Source of the DNA: Macrostomum hystrix
Taxonomy: Eukaryota; Animalia; Platyhelminthes
Length of the DNA stretch: 64,000 nucleotides
Reading direction: 5' to 3'
Assembly (NCBI GenBank): GCA_950097015.1
Contig: CATNEN010000028.1
Span: 930,001-994,000, forward strand
Part shown: one piece after another, positions 47,901-61,239 of the stretch
How positions within the stretch are numbered: position 1 is the stretch's first letter
Layout of the letters: every line of letters begins with the position of its first letter
Position numbers and translations under genes: made by a program
The notes under the pieces: model-generated
The model's database searches: none
Seen by the model: only the letters and a program-made list of their open reading frames with translations
Told to the model about the DNA's origin: nothing

Positions 47901-50900
47901 TTTGAATTTGATCATTAAATATATGAGATTACTGTTTAATAAATCATATTTAGTTGACGACTAAACAATGACATCTTCATAGCTTGGACTTTGAATTTGT
48001 CAGTAATTTTCATATTAGAATTGAAAATTTAAATTGCACTTTCCTCAAAGTTGTGTACAGCTGTGTTCAGTCCGCGGACTGTGGCCGCCAGACCCACCCA
48101 AATGTCTTCTACACCAGCGTATGCTGATATCCATTTTAAATCAATGGGGCATAAAGTGTTTTGCTAAAGCACCTAAATCTTTCCTTTAAGCTGCGATTCG
48201 AACCCCGGGTATAACAAAAGCACCGAATTGGGATTAGACCAAATTTTGATTACATAAGACATAAAGTAGCTATTTCAAAGTGATTATATTTAGCTAAATA
48301 TATCGTATGGTAGGTTGGTAAATAAAATGGTTGCAGTTTCAAAAGCACATTTTACCTAATTTAGCGTCGGCTATGCCTGTTTCAATTATTTTCTTTATTT
48401 ATTTTTGCACTCAAGCTTCTGCCCGACCGACACTAAATTTGTCACCTGCTCCGACGATGCCACGGTTCGAATCTGGGACTTTGTGCGCTGCCGAGAGGAG
48501 CGAGTGCTGCGAGGTAAACTATTTGCTGAATTGAAATATAACATACTTTTAGGACGTACCGAGCACCGATGTACTGAGAAACACCTATATTTCTAACAAA
48601 CATCTTATATTTCTAGGAAACACCGTATATTTCTAGGAAACATATTATATTTCTAGGAAACACCGTATATTTCTAAGAAACTATTTTTTTTCTAGGAAAC
48701 ATCGAATATTTCTAGGAAACATCGAATATTTCTAGGAAGTATAACATATTTCTAGGAAATATAACATATTTCTAGGAAATATAACATATTTCTAGGAAAT
48801 ATAACATATTTCTAGGAAATATAACATATTTCTAGGAAATATAACATATTTCTAGGAAATATAACATATTTCTAGGAAATATAACATATTTCTAGGAAAT
48901 ATAACATATTTCTAGGAAATATAACATATTTCTAGGAAATATAACATATTTCTAGGAAATATAACATATTTCTAGGAAATATAACATATTTCTAGGAAAT
49001 ATAACATATTTCTAGGAAATATAACATATTTCTAGGACATATAACATATTTCTAGGAAATATAACATATTTCTAGGAAATATAACATATTTCTAGGAAAT
49101 ATAACATATTTCTAGGAAATATAACATATTTCTAGGAAATATAACATATTTCTAGGAAATATAACATATTTCTAGGAAATATAACATATTTCTAGGAAAT
49201 ATAACATATTTCTAGGAAATATAACATATTTCTAGGAAATATAACATATTTCTTGGAACTAGAACATGTTTCTAGGAAGGAATAAACGTATAAAGGAAAA
49301 AAAATGTTACAGTGTACAATAGATGAAGGATGTTTTCTGATTCTCACCCGCCCTCCCTCCACCCACCCTTGCCCGCCGCAGGTCACGGTGCCGATGTTCG
49401 CAGCGTTGCCTGGCATCCGCACAAATCGCTGGTCATCTCAGGCAGCAAGGACGCCCAGCAGCCTATCAAACTGTGGGATCCGAAGAGTGGAGAGTCTCTC
49501 ACTACGCTGTGAGTTGAGCTACCTGATTCTGAGCATACTTCTTTTTTTACTTTTCCTCTCCTCTTCTCTACCCCACTCTAATCTCCTTCTACCCTCCTAT
49601 CTCACCCTCTGTCATCTCCCATCTCCCATCTCACCTTCTGTCATCTCCCATCTCACCATCTGTCATCTCCCATCTCCCATCTCACCATCTATCATCTCCT
49701 ATCTCACCCTCTGTCATCTGCTATCTCACCCTCTATCATCTCCCATCTCACCCTCTGCCATCTCCTATCTCACCCTCTATCATCTCCCATCTCACCTGTC
49801 ATCTCCCATCTCACATTTTGTCATCTCCCATCTCACCCTCTATCATCTCCAATCTCACCTTCTGTCATCTCCCATCTCACCTTCTGTCATCTCCCATCTC
49901 ACCATCTGTCATCTCCCATCTCCCATCTCACCATCTATCATCTCCTATCTCACCCTCTGTCATCTGCTATCTCACCCTCTATCATCTCCCATCTCACCCT
50001 CTGCCATCTCCTATCTCACCCTCTATCATCTCCCATCTCACCTTCTGTCATCTCCCATCTCACCTTCTGTCATCTCCCATCTGTCATCTCCCATCTCCCA
50101 TCTCACCATCTATCATCTCCTATCTCACCCTCTGTCATCTGCTATCTCACCCTCTGCCATCTCCTATCTCACCCTCTATCATCTCCCATCTCACCTTCTG
50201 TCATCTCCCATCTCACCATCTATCATCTCCTATCTCACCCTCTATCATCTCCCATCTCACCTTCTGTCATCTCCCATCTGTCATCTCCCATCTCCCATCT
50301 CACCATCTATCATCTCCTATCTCACCCTCTGTCATCTGCTATCTCACCCTCTATTATCTCCCATCTCACCCTCTGCCATCTCCTATCTCACCCTCTATCA
50401 TCTCCCATCTCACCTTCTGTCATCTCCCATCTCACCATCTATCATCTCCTATCTCACCCTCTATCATCTCCCATCTCACCTTCTGTCATCTCCCATCTGT
50501 CATCTCCCATCTCCCATCTCACCATCTATCATCTCCTATCTCACCCTCTGTCATCTCCGCCCCATCTAACCCTATGTCGCAGCTATGTGCACAAGAACAC
50601 CTGCACTGATGTCCAGTGGAATCGCAACGGCAACTGGTTCCTCACAGCCTCGCGCGACAGTCTAATTAAATTATTCGACGTGCGCAATCTGCGCCACGAC
50701 TTGCAAACCTTCCGCGGCCACAAGAAGGACGTCACTCGCGTCGCCTGGCATCCGGAGTTCGAATCCCTGTTCGCCAGCGGCGGCGCCGACGGCGCCATGA
50801 TGTTCTGGAACGTCGGCACTCGGACAGACGTCGGTTGCGTTGAAGACGCTCACGAGAATATGATCTGGTCTCTAGCCTGGCACCCGCTAGGCCACATCAT

Positions 50901-53900
50901 TGTCACCGGCTCCAATGACTATTCAACGTGAGTATTCACGCATTTGATGTCCCATTACAACAACTCAGTCCATGGACTGGGAAGGCCTCTCCACACCCAC
51001 TTAACACGAAACTCAAGAGCACGGACCAAATTTTTGTTGCGCATCTTCTGAAACAATAATCAAATCGCCAGCTCTTTCTATCGTCGAGATATTTTCATCG
51101 GTTCTGGCCGAAGGTCAGATTTTTTACATAAAGAACTAGTGAAACACACACAAAAGCTCCTAGATTTCAATCCTAATTAGCTTGCCACGGACCTTGATGA
51201 GCTCTCCTAAGTTCACTCAGGAGTCTCATGCGCTCTTTTCAGTTTACTCTTGATTCTATAGCACAGAAACGCTGTTTGATTGCTAATTTTCAACGTCATT
51301 TTCCTTCTTTTTCTACTTTAAGTAGCATAAATTGTAAAAAATCTAAACAGAAAATTCTGGAGCCGCAACCGGCCCGGCGACGTGATTCGCGACGCGCCCA
51401 AAGTGGCCCCGGGTGGCGTCGTCGCTCCTTCCGCCGCCGTCGTCGGCAATCGTCGCGATCAGCAGCAGTCCGGCGGGCATCATCGGCAGCAGATTCAGCA
51501 GCATCGCGATCATCACCGCGATGCTCACCAGCGTGGCGGCGGTCGCGACTTCAGAGGCGGACGCGGCAGAGGCGGCGGTCGGTTTCATCAGGGCTTCCGC
51601 GGCGGCGGCGGCGGCGGCGGCAGCTTTCGAGGCGGCTCCGGCGGCGCGGTAAATCCAGATTATAGGATATTTCGGATTACAGTAAAATATAATCATGGAT
51701 TATTGATCAATGTATTAGTGAACAAATTCAATGGATTATCAAATGTTCAAAGTAAATCGATCGTTCTGAATCGGTTCAAAGGCTCATGTAATTAGCCTAT
51801 ATCTCCGAGTGGATTAACGCAGCTTCCCTATCTCCGAGTGGATTAACGCAGCATCCCCATCTTCAAGCGGATTAACGCAGCATCCCCATCTCTAAGTGGA
51901 TTAACGCAGCTTCCCTATCTCCGAGGAGATTAACGCAGCTTCCCCATCACCGAGTAGATTAATGCAGCTTCCCTATCTCCGAGGAGATTAACGCAGCATC
52001 CCTATCTCCGAGGGGATTAACGCAGCATCCCCATCTCCGAGTGGATTAACGCAGCTTCCCTATCTCCGAGGAGATTAACGCAGCATCCCTATCTCCTAGG
52101 GGATTAAAGCAGCATCCCTATCTCCGAGTGGATTAACGCAGCTTCGCCATCTCCGACTGGATTTACGCAGAATCCCCATCTCCGAGTGGATTAACGCAGC
52201 TTCCACATCCCCGAGTAGATTAATGCAGCTTCCCTATCTCCGACAAGATTAACGCAGCATCCCCATCTCTGAGTGGATTAACGCAGCATCCCCATCTCTG
52301 AGTGGATTAACGCAGCTTCCACATCCCCGAGTAGATTAATGCAGCTTCCCTATCTCCGACAAGATTAACGCAGCATCCCTATCTCCGAGGGGATTAATGC
52401 AGCTTCCCCATCTCCGAGGGGATTAACGCAGGATCCCTATCTCCAAGTGGATTAACGCAGCTTCCCTATCTCCGAGTGGATTAACGCAGCATCCCATCTC
52501 CGAGTGGATTAACGCAGAATCCCCATCTTCGAGTGGATTAACGCAGAATCCCCATCTCCGAGTGGATTAACGCAGCATCCCTATCTCCGAGTGGATTAAC
52601 GCAGCATCCCCATCTCCGAGTAGATTAATGCAGCATCCCCATCTCTGAGTGGATTAACGCAGCATCCCCATCTCTGAGTGGATTAACGCAGCTTCCACAT
52701 CCCCGAGTAGATTAATGCAGCTTCCCTATCTCCGACAAGATTAACGCAGCATCCCCATCTCTGAGTGGATTAACGCAGCATCCCCATCTCTGAGTGGATT
52801 AACGCAGCATCCCCATCTCTGAGTGGATTAACGCAGCTTCCACATCCCCGAGTAGATTAATGCAGCTTCCCTATCTCCGACAAGATTAAAGCAGCATCCC
52901 TATCTCCGAGGGGATTAATGCAGCTTCCCCATCTCCGAGGGGATTAACGCAGGATCCCTATCTCCGAGTGGATTAACGCAGCATCCCATCTCCGAGTGGA
53001 TTAACGCAGCATCCCATCTCCGAGTGGATTAACGCAGAATCCCCATCTTCGAGTGGATTAACGCAGAATCCCCATCTCCGAGTGGATTAACGCAGCATCC
53101 CCATCTCCGAGTAGATTAACGCAGCATCCCCATCTCCGAGTAGATTAATGCAGCATCCCCATCTCCGAGTAGATTAACGCAGCATCCTCATCTCCGAGTG
53201 GATTAACGCAGCTTCCCCATCCCCACCCTTCAGGGCGCGCCGCTGGCCGCTGCCCACCATCACCACGGGCCGGTGCAGACGCCCTCGAATGTTCGCGTCG
53301 GTCCAAACCTGCGCTTCAAGCCCGGCTTCCGCGGCGGCGCAGACGAAGACGAGAGCAGCATCCCGGCCCTAGGCGACGGCACCGCCCAGAACATTCCGGG
53401 CATTCGCAGCAGCGCCGCCGAAGCCGACTCCTCGGCTGGCGCCGGCGGCCTGGACGAATCTGGCGAGCCACGGCAGCCAAGAAAACGGCCAGCCAGCAAA
53501 GCCATACCCAAGAGCTTTCAGGCTGCCTGGGTCAAGGCCCGACACGGCCTGCCTGCTCTGGCTGGAGCTTCCGAGCTCGAGGAGGAGGAGCAACTGCTGC
53601 CGCTGGCGGACACGCCGGCGCCTGGCTCGACTGGACCGTCGGCTGCGACCACGGTGGCTGCCATCGGCGCATCTGCATCGCGTAAGTCACTTAATTATAG
53701 ACTGTGTCAAACCCCTTCCAGCTGTATAGAACCCCTTCCAGCTGTATAGAACCCCTTTCAGAATGTATAGAACCCCTTCCTGCTGTATAGAACCCCTTCC
53801 TGCTGTATGGAACCCCTTCCAGAATGTATCGAACCCCTTTCAGCATGTATCAAACCCCTTTCAGAATGTATCGAACCCCGTTCAGTCTGCATCGAACCCC

Positions 53901-56087
53901 GTTCAGTCTGTATCGAACCCCTTTCAGAATGTATCGAACCCCTTTCAGTATGTATCGTACCCATTCCTGCTGCATCGAACCCCTTTCTAAATGTATTAAA
54001 CCCCTACCTGCTGTATTGAACCCCTTCCAGAATGTATTGAACCCCTTCCAGAATGTATCGAACCCCTTCCAGAATGTATCGAACCCCTTCCAGAATGTAT
54101 CGAACCCCTTTCAGAATGTATCGTACCCCTTCCAGATTGCATCGAACCCCTTTCAGTATGTATCGTACCCATTCCTGCTGCATCGAACCCCTTTCTAAAT
54201 GTATTAAACCCCTACCTGCTGTATTGAACCCCTTCCAGAATGTATTGAACCCCTTCCAGAATATATCGAACCCCTTCCAGAATGTATCGAACCCCTTCCA
54301 GAATGTATCGAACCCCTTCCAGAATGTGTCGAACCCCTTTCAGAATGTATCGAACCCCTTCCAGAATGTGTCGAACCCCTTTCAGAATGTATCGAACCCC
54401 TTCCAGAATGTATCGAACCCCTTCCAGAATGTATCGAACCCCTTCCAGAATGTGTCGAACCCCTTTCAGAATGTGTCGAACCCCTTTCCAGAATGTATTG
54501 AACCCCTTCCTGATATTATCAAACTCTTTCAGATTCTTGCAAACCTCTTCTAGATTGTCTCAAATCCCTTCCAGGCTGCCTCACACCTAATATTTTCGCA
54601 GCTATCTAATCTATATGCTTGAATATGCGATATGCTTCCATGCGCAATTATACTAAAGAGAAAACTTATTTTTACTGATTGCACAATCGATTTCTAGCTT
54701 TGTTAATGAAATGAAAGTGTCGTGAATATTTTGTCAGTCACATTAGCGACTATTGGCATCCAGAAGGAACATTTTGCGCCATCTAACTTCATTGGCTAGC
54801 TAATTACATAAATAATTAAATTTGGTTTTCCTGGTTTTAACACTTCATGTTGTGGCGAGTAGGTGCTTGAGAATTGGTCTTTAGGGAAGATAAGTGGAAT
54901 AGGGAATAGGGACTTACGCTTGCGAAAACAAGAATAGACAATTAAAAGAAATAGACCTTGCGGAAATAAATATTTCAGGGTGATACTCGTACTAGACTGA
55001 CACAACAATTAAACACATTAAGAATATATTCCCTAAACTTTAGATTCAAGACAATATATGTTGCAAATGGAATAAGTATATTGATTCATATACGAGTACA
55101 ATTAACTCTAAGGTCTGTAGATTCAAGTAGAATATATTCTAAAGTCTGTAGATTTAAGTATTATAGAATAGATTCTAAAGTCTGTAGATTCAAGTAGAAT
55201 ATATTCTACAGTCTGTAGATTCAAGAAGAATAGATTCTAAAGTCTGTGATTTAAGTAGAATAGAGTCTAAAGTCTGTAGATTCAGATAGAATATATTCTA
55301 AAGTCTGTAGATTCAAGTAGAATATATTCTACAGTCTGTAGATTCAAGTAGAATATATTCTACAGTCTGTAGATTCAAGAAGAATATATTCTAAAGTCTC
55401 TAGATTCAAGAAGAATAGATTCTAAAGTCTGTGATTTAAGTAGAATAGAGTCTAAAGTCTGTAGATTCAGATAGAATAGATTCTAAAGTCTGTAGATTCA
55501 AGTAGAATATATTCTACAGTCTGTAGATTCAAGTAGAATATATTCTACAGTCTGTAGATTCAAGTAGAATATATTCTACAGTCTGTAGATTCAAGTAGAA
55601 TATATTCTACAGTCTGTAGATTCAAGTAGAATATGTTGACGCCGCCCCCTCCGCAGACCACGAAGGCCCGTACGCGGCCACGCCTGGGCCGATGGGTGCC
55701 TACGGCATTCGGCGCTCCGAGTCGCGCCGCGGTCAGCAGCCGTTCGAGGAGGGCGCTGAAGAGGCGGACGCCTTCTCCTACGGCAGCTACGGGGCCTACC
55801 AGGGCGCCGGCGAGTCCTACGACGAGTCAATGCCGCCGCCATCGTCTCAGCAGCAGCAGCAGTATAGACGCGGCGGCTATCAGCCGCAGTTCCGCGGCCC
55901 GCCACCGCACGGTCAGAAGCGCGGTTGGGACGGCGCGCCGATGGCCCCAGTCGGAGGTCCGCGGCCGTGGGGCGGCGGCCCGCCAGGTGGGCCCAGATTT
56001 TCCGGCGGCATCGGCGGCGGGCAGATTCGGCCAAGGCCGCCGCATTTCCAGCAGCAGCAGCAGCAGCAGCGAGGCGGATGGCGCTGA
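41941..56087 (+). CDS. WDR33: pre-mRNA 3'-end processing factor WDR33 (Pfs2/FY); join(41941..42066, 43445..43513, 43604..43708, 43798..43893, 46657..46808, 48416..48513, 49382..49508, 50583..50927, 51351..51648, 53234..53681, 55657..56087), ~764 aa
   Basis: [91 protein letters not shown] and [10 protein letters not shown] are WDR33 motifs. All 10 introns are GT-AG with consistent phase. Confidence 0.93.
42100..43330. repeat. 34-bp minisatellite, WDR33 intron 1
   Basis: TTATCAGTGCC[A/G]GTAGAGGATTAGGGAAGGTGT[G/A], period 34. Confidence 0.95.
44000..46610. repeat. 28-bp minisatellite, WDR33 intron 4 (interrupted by a MITE)
   Basis: CCAAATCCTA[A/G]AATCAATCACTTCATTA, period 28. Confidence 0.95.
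44111..44530. mobile_element. 420-bp non-autonomous CACTA/EnSpm-type DNA transposon (MITE)
   Basis: Termini CCCGCTAAAAAA / TTTTTTACAGGG; a 2-bp TSD CA splits a minisatellite unit (AAATCA|element|CAATCAC); internal GGAATC/GATTCC repeats. Confidence 0.75.
47040..47595. repeat. 22-bp minisatellite, WDR33 intron 5
   Basis: GATTTTAGGTGAAGCAGTGAGA and variants. Confidence 0.95.
48590..49280. repeat. 20-bp AT-rich minisatellite, WDR33 intron 6
   Basis: TTCTAGGAAATATAACATAT, with a perfect core at 48750-49250. Confidence 0.95.
49570..50565. repeat. Compound CT-rich repeat (CATCTC-based), WDR33 intron 7
   Basis: Mixed ATCTCACC[C/T]TCT[G/A]TCATCTCC[C/T] units; source of ORF 49304..50569. Confidence 0.9.
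51800..53222. repeat. 29-bp minisatellite, WDR33 intron 9
   Basis: CCCCATCTCCGAGTGGATTAACGCAGCAT and variants. Confidence 0.95.
53710..54510. repeat. 21-bp minisatellite, WDR33 intron 10
   Basis: AACCCCTTCCAGAATGTATCG; source of the MYRTP and NVSNPFQ ORFs. Confidence 0.95.
55105..55633. repeat. 31-bp palindrome-containing minisatellite, WDR33 intron 10
   Basis: TTCAAGTAGAATATATTCTACAGTCTGTAGA; contains the perfect 16-bp palindrome GTAGAATATATTCTAC. Confidence 0.95.
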
Positions 56088-56449
56088 GTTATCGATTAGC
56101 ATTGCTGATTAGATGACGAGTCACAGTTACTCCCGCTGTTTACCTAAGTTATTTGCTGTTTTACCTTTTAAAAAACTGCGCATTCAAAAATAAAAAACTA
56201 AATACACATGGCGATAAAATGCAATTTAAAATATCACCTTCAACTACAAATTGTATAATCGTATTAATTTGGGCTTGTAAATATATTTCAGCTGAGATTT
56301 GAGGATTTTTTAAATCCCGGTTTTGCCATGCTTGACGCACTCCAGACTGCTCGATAAGCTAGAATTTATTGGCTATTCAAAATTCGCTTTCTTGATTTTT
56401 GTTCAAATCACTTAGTATTCTGAATAACTACATGTTATTCTTCAGTTTC

Positions 56450-57535
56450 AATCCCGGTCCTCAGATTGGTCATTTATCAATCCCGGTCCTCAGATTGGTC
56501 ATTTATCAATCCCGGTCCTCAGATTGGTCATTTATCAATCCTGGTCCTCAGATTGGTCATTTATCAATCCTGGTATTCAGATTGGTCATTTATCAATCCT
56601 GGTCCTCAGATTGGTCATTTATCAATCCTGGTCCTCAGATTGGTCATTTATCAATCCTGGTATTCAGATTGGTCATTTATCAATCCTGGTCCTCAGATTG
56701 CTCATTTATCAATCCTGGTCCTCAGATTGGTCATTTATCAATCCTGGTCCTCAGATTGGTCATTTATCAATTCCGGTCCTCAGATTGCTCATTTATCAAT
56801 CCTGGTCCTCAGATTGGTCATTTATCAATCCTGATCCTCAGATTAGTCATTTATCAATCCTGGTCCTCAGATTGGTCATTTATCAATCCTGGTCCTCAGA
56901 TTGGTCATTTATCAATCCTGATCCTCAGATTGGTCATTTATCAATCCCAGTCCTCAGATTGGTCATTTATCAATCCCAGTCCTCAGATTGGTCATTTATC
57001 AATCCCGGTCCTCAGATTGGTCATTTATCAATCCTGGTCCTCAGATTGGTCATTTATCAATCCTGATCCTCAGATTGGTCATTTATCAATCCCAGTCCTC
57101 AGATTGGTCATTTATCAATCCCAGTTCTCAGATTGGTCATTTATCAATCCTGGTCCTCAGATTGGTCATTTATCAATCCTGGTCCTCAGATTGGTCATTT
57201 ATCAATCCTGGTCCTCAGATTGGTCATTTATCAATCCTGGTCCTCAGACTGGTCATTTATCAATCCTGGTCCTCAGATTGGTCATTTATCAATCCCAGTC
57301 CTCAGATTGGTCATTTATCAATCCTGGTCATCAGATTGGTCATTTATCAATCCTGGTCCTCAGATTGGTCATTTATCAATCCTGGTCCTCAGATTGGTCA
57401 TTTATCAATCCTGGTCCTCAGATTGGTCATTTATTAATCCTGGTCCTCAGATTGGTCATTTATCAATCCTGGTCCTCAGATTGGTCATTTATCAATCCTG
57501 GTCCTCAGATTGGTCATTTATCAATCCTGGTCATG
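56450..57535. repeat. 29-bp minisatellite downstream of WDR33
   Basis: TCAGATTGGTCATTTATCAATCCTGGTCC, about 37 copies. Confidence 0.97.
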
Positions 57536-58139
57536 AGATTAATTTTTTTCAAACCTAGTTTGTCCTCAGACCGACCATTTTAAATCTTAGTCCTTTTTTC
57601 CCGTTCTGCTCCTCAAAATGCTCAGGTTGGTCGACCGCACTACAGAATTTTTGTTGTAACCTAGATATTATACTAACAAAAGTACATCCCGGTTAGCGAA
57701 AGTTGTCCCGACAGTTGCCGCCCAGCGGAAGCAACTGCTTTGCTTTTTGTTTTAGCAGGCAATTCGTTGGTTTGATGTTCACTAGATGAACAGAAATAAA
57801 GTATGAAGATGGGATGTTGGATGAGCTGCACTAACTACTATAGGTGAGAGCAAACACAGGTTACGCTTGGACCATTTCATCTCATATTCTCTTTCAGTAA
57901 TCCCGTTTTCGGCTGCAACAAATGGAGACATGGAGTGGCTGAATAAACTTTCCAGCTTGGTTTGGTGTCTGTTCTGCCTGTACTAAGCGTCATCGTTGAC
58001 AGGTTTTAACACAATTGACCCTGTCCCGTGCAAATGGACTGCCGATATACTATTTCAGCTCCTAACAGCTGTCTGTAGTAACTCGGTTTACCCCTTTTCA
58101 GATTCGCTTTTGGGCTAAATAAATTTGCTCGCATTTCAC

Positions 58140-58845
58140 TCTGATTTCAAGTCACTCTTCGACTTCCCGTCAACTATCTCTCTAGGTCACTCTGGTCACT
58201 CTCGCTCACTCTTTAGTTCACTCCTGGATTTCTCTCTCTCACCCTCTGTAGGCCACTCCTTGATTTCACTCTTTATCTCTTTAGTTCACTCCTGGATTTC
58301 TCTCTCTCACCCTCTGTAGGCCACTCCTTGATTTCACTCTTTATCTCTTTAGTTCACTCCTGGATTTCACTCTTCAAGTCACTCCCTAGTTCACTCCTAG
58401 ATTTCACTCTAAGTCACTCTCTAGTTCACTCCTGGATTTCACTCTTCAAGTCACTCTCTAGTTCACTCCTGGATTTCATTCTTCAAGTCACTCCCTAGTT
58501 CACTCCTGGATTTCACTCTTCAAGTCACTCCCTAGTTCACTCCTGGACTTCACTCTTCAAGTCACTCCCTAGTTCACTCCTGGATTTCACTCTTCAAGTC
58601 ACTCCTAGTTCACTCCTGGATTTCACTCTTCAAGTCACTCCCTAGTTCACTCCTGGATTTCACTCCTTAAGTCACTCTCTAGTTCACTCCTGGATTTCAC
58701 TCTTCAAGTCACTCCCTAGTTCACTCCTGGATTTCACTCTTCAAGTCACTCCCTAGTTCACTCCTGGATTTCACTCTTCAAGTCACTCCCTAGTTCACTC
58801 CTGGATTTCACTCTCGAAATCACTTTCCAGTTCACTCCTGGATTT
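58140..58845. repeat. 37-bp minisatellite
   Basis: CTAGTTCACTCCTGGATTTCACTCTTCAAGTCACTCC. Confidence 0.93.
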
Positions 58846-59559
58846 CGCTATAGTTGTTTTACTCCAAATAGTGAAGAATGCATAATTTGGGTAACTTGTC
58901 CAATACGAAAGTGCTCTTATGATATTTAGTATTTCAAAAGTTTCTTGCGTAGTGTCCGCTCTCTCATGTCCACCCTTCACGTAGCCATCGCCGCAATATT
59001 GGAATCTTCGAATAGCGAAATCGATTAAGTCCAGCTGGCTTCCTTGGGGCGTATGCTAATGAGCCGGCGCCATCGTCACCTATAATTATGCAGCTTACAG
59101 ACAATTTCTTCCTCTTGACTGTATGCCTTGGCTTCATATTTATGCACTTGTGTTTTCCTATTCCCGGATATGAATTTTCACACAGTGCACTAAACCAGCC
59201 ATTTCGACTGCAGCAACTGCCGCCAATTCAATTCCTCCTGTTTTGGCCGTGTAGAAATAGCAGCAGCATTGGAAAACCTTGGAGGATGAAGGATACTTCT
59301 TATTGAATGAGTCCGATGGCAATCTGTGTTGCTGTCAGATTCAACAAAAACTTTTCTTAGGGCCGAACATCCGGGCTTCTTTCTCTCTGTGATTTCATGC
59401 GACTCCTGTAAGATAATATTTCTTAGAAATACTGTGGGATTCAATGGCGGATCGATAACTGTCAGTGCGGCGTCCAACTCTAAAATCTTTCCGAAAAAAT
59501 TTCCCGCGACTTATCATTCATTCAATAGCATGTGATCGGAGATTGTAATAACTCTTGTG

Positions 59560-60790
59560 TCACTCTGGGTCACTCTCGAGATTACAGGGCACTCCTAGAT
59601 CTCACTCTCTTGTTCACTCTTTGATTTCACATACTCACTGTCTAGGTCACTCTTTTATTTCACTTACTCACTGTCTAGGTCACTCTTTTATTTCACTTAC
59701 TCACTCTCTAGGTCACTCTTTTATTTCACTTACTCACTGTCTAGGTCACTCTTTTATTTCACTTACACACTGTCTGGGTCACTCTTTTATTTCACTTACT
59801 CACTGTCTAGGTCACTCTTTTATTTCACTTACTGACTGTCTAGGTCACTCTTTTATTTCACTTACTCACTGTCTAGGTCACTCTTTGATTTCACTTACTC
59901 ACTGTCTGGGTCACTCTTTGATTTCACTTACTCACTGTCTAGGTCACTCTTTTATTTCACTTACTCACTGTCTGGGTCACTCTTTTATTTCACTTACTCA
60001 CTGTCTGGGTCACTCTTTTATTTCACTTACTCACTGTCTAGGTCACTCTTTGATTTCACTTACTCACTGTCTAGGTCACTCTTTTATTTAACTTACACAC
60101 TGTCTAGGTCACTCTTTTATTTCACTTACTCACTGTCTAGGTCACTCTTTTATTTAACTTACACACTGTCTGGGTCACTCTTTTATTTCACTTACTCACT
60201 GTCTAGGTCACTCTTTGATTTCACTTACTCACTGTCTAGGTCACTCTTTTATTTCACTTACACACTGTCTAGGTCACTCTTTTATTTAACTTACACACTG
60301 TCTAGGTCACTCTTTTATTTCACTTACACACTGTCTAGGTCACTCTTTTATTTAACTTACACACTGTCTAGGTCACTCTTTGATTTCACTTACTCACTGT
60401 CTAGGTCACTCTTTTATTTAACTTACACACTGTCTGGGTCACTCTTTTATTTCACTTACTCACTGTCTAGGTCACTCTTTGATTTCACTTACTCACTGTC
60501 TAGGTCACTCTTTTATTTAACTTACACACTGTCTAGGTCACTCTTTTATTTCACTTACACACTGTCTAGGTCACTCTTTTATTTCACTTACACACTGTCT
60601 AGGTCACTCTTTTATTTCACTTACACACTGTCTGGGTCACTCTTTGATTTCACTTACACACTGTCTGGGTCACTCTTTAATTTCACTTACTCACTGTCTA
60701 GGTCACTCCTCTATTTCACTCTCTCACTCTCTAGGTCACTCCTCGGTTTCACTCTCTCACTCTCTAGGTCACTCTTTGATTTCACTGACT
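59560..60790. repeat. 33-bp minisatellite related to the 37-bp array
   Basis: CTAGGTCACTCTTTTATTTCACTTACTCACTGT. Confidence 0.95.
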
Positions 60791-61239
60791 CTTTATTTCT
60801 CTCTCTCTCTCTTCCATTTCCTTCTCAATCACTTCGCAGAGTGATCTGCAGAGTGATTTCACACCTTCACTAGCTCTCTAGGTAACTCTACACAAACTTG
60901 TTCACTTATTTACTTTCAAAGAAACATGAATTGGTTCAATTGTGTTCGATTGGTAAAGCTAAGCTCGAAAAGTGCACCGCACAATGGGTATGCGACCCCG
61001 CAGAAAAAAAGCTAGTGGAAATGGAAAGTCAGATTGTATATAATTACTTCGAGTATTGGTTTTTCACGTCAGATAGGATCTATATTTAATTGACAGCAAT
61101 TTATGAACCTGCAGACACTTTTAAAATTATGGAGAATAAATTCTTAAACAGAGTCAAGCTGTAGCATGCTGTGTGGATTGCACTGAAGCTAATATATAAT
61201 AATTAGATTATATATTGTAGTTGTAAATGAGACAAGAAT

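Noticed and set aside
49304-50609. 421-aa and 263-aa Ser/His/Leu-rich ORFs
   Set aside because: They are CT-rich intronic repeat within WDR33 intron 7; the true exons are in other frames with clear splice sites.
55105-55633. CRISPR-like repeat: ATTCTACAGTCTGTAGAT resembles the Cas12a direct-repeat hairpin
   Set aside because: The units are head-to-tail with no unique spacers, there are no cas genes, and the array lies in a spliceosomal intron of a eukaryotic gene.
56399-57583. 394-aa ORF and its frame-shifted siblings
   Set aside because: Translations of a stop-free 29-bp tandem repeat.
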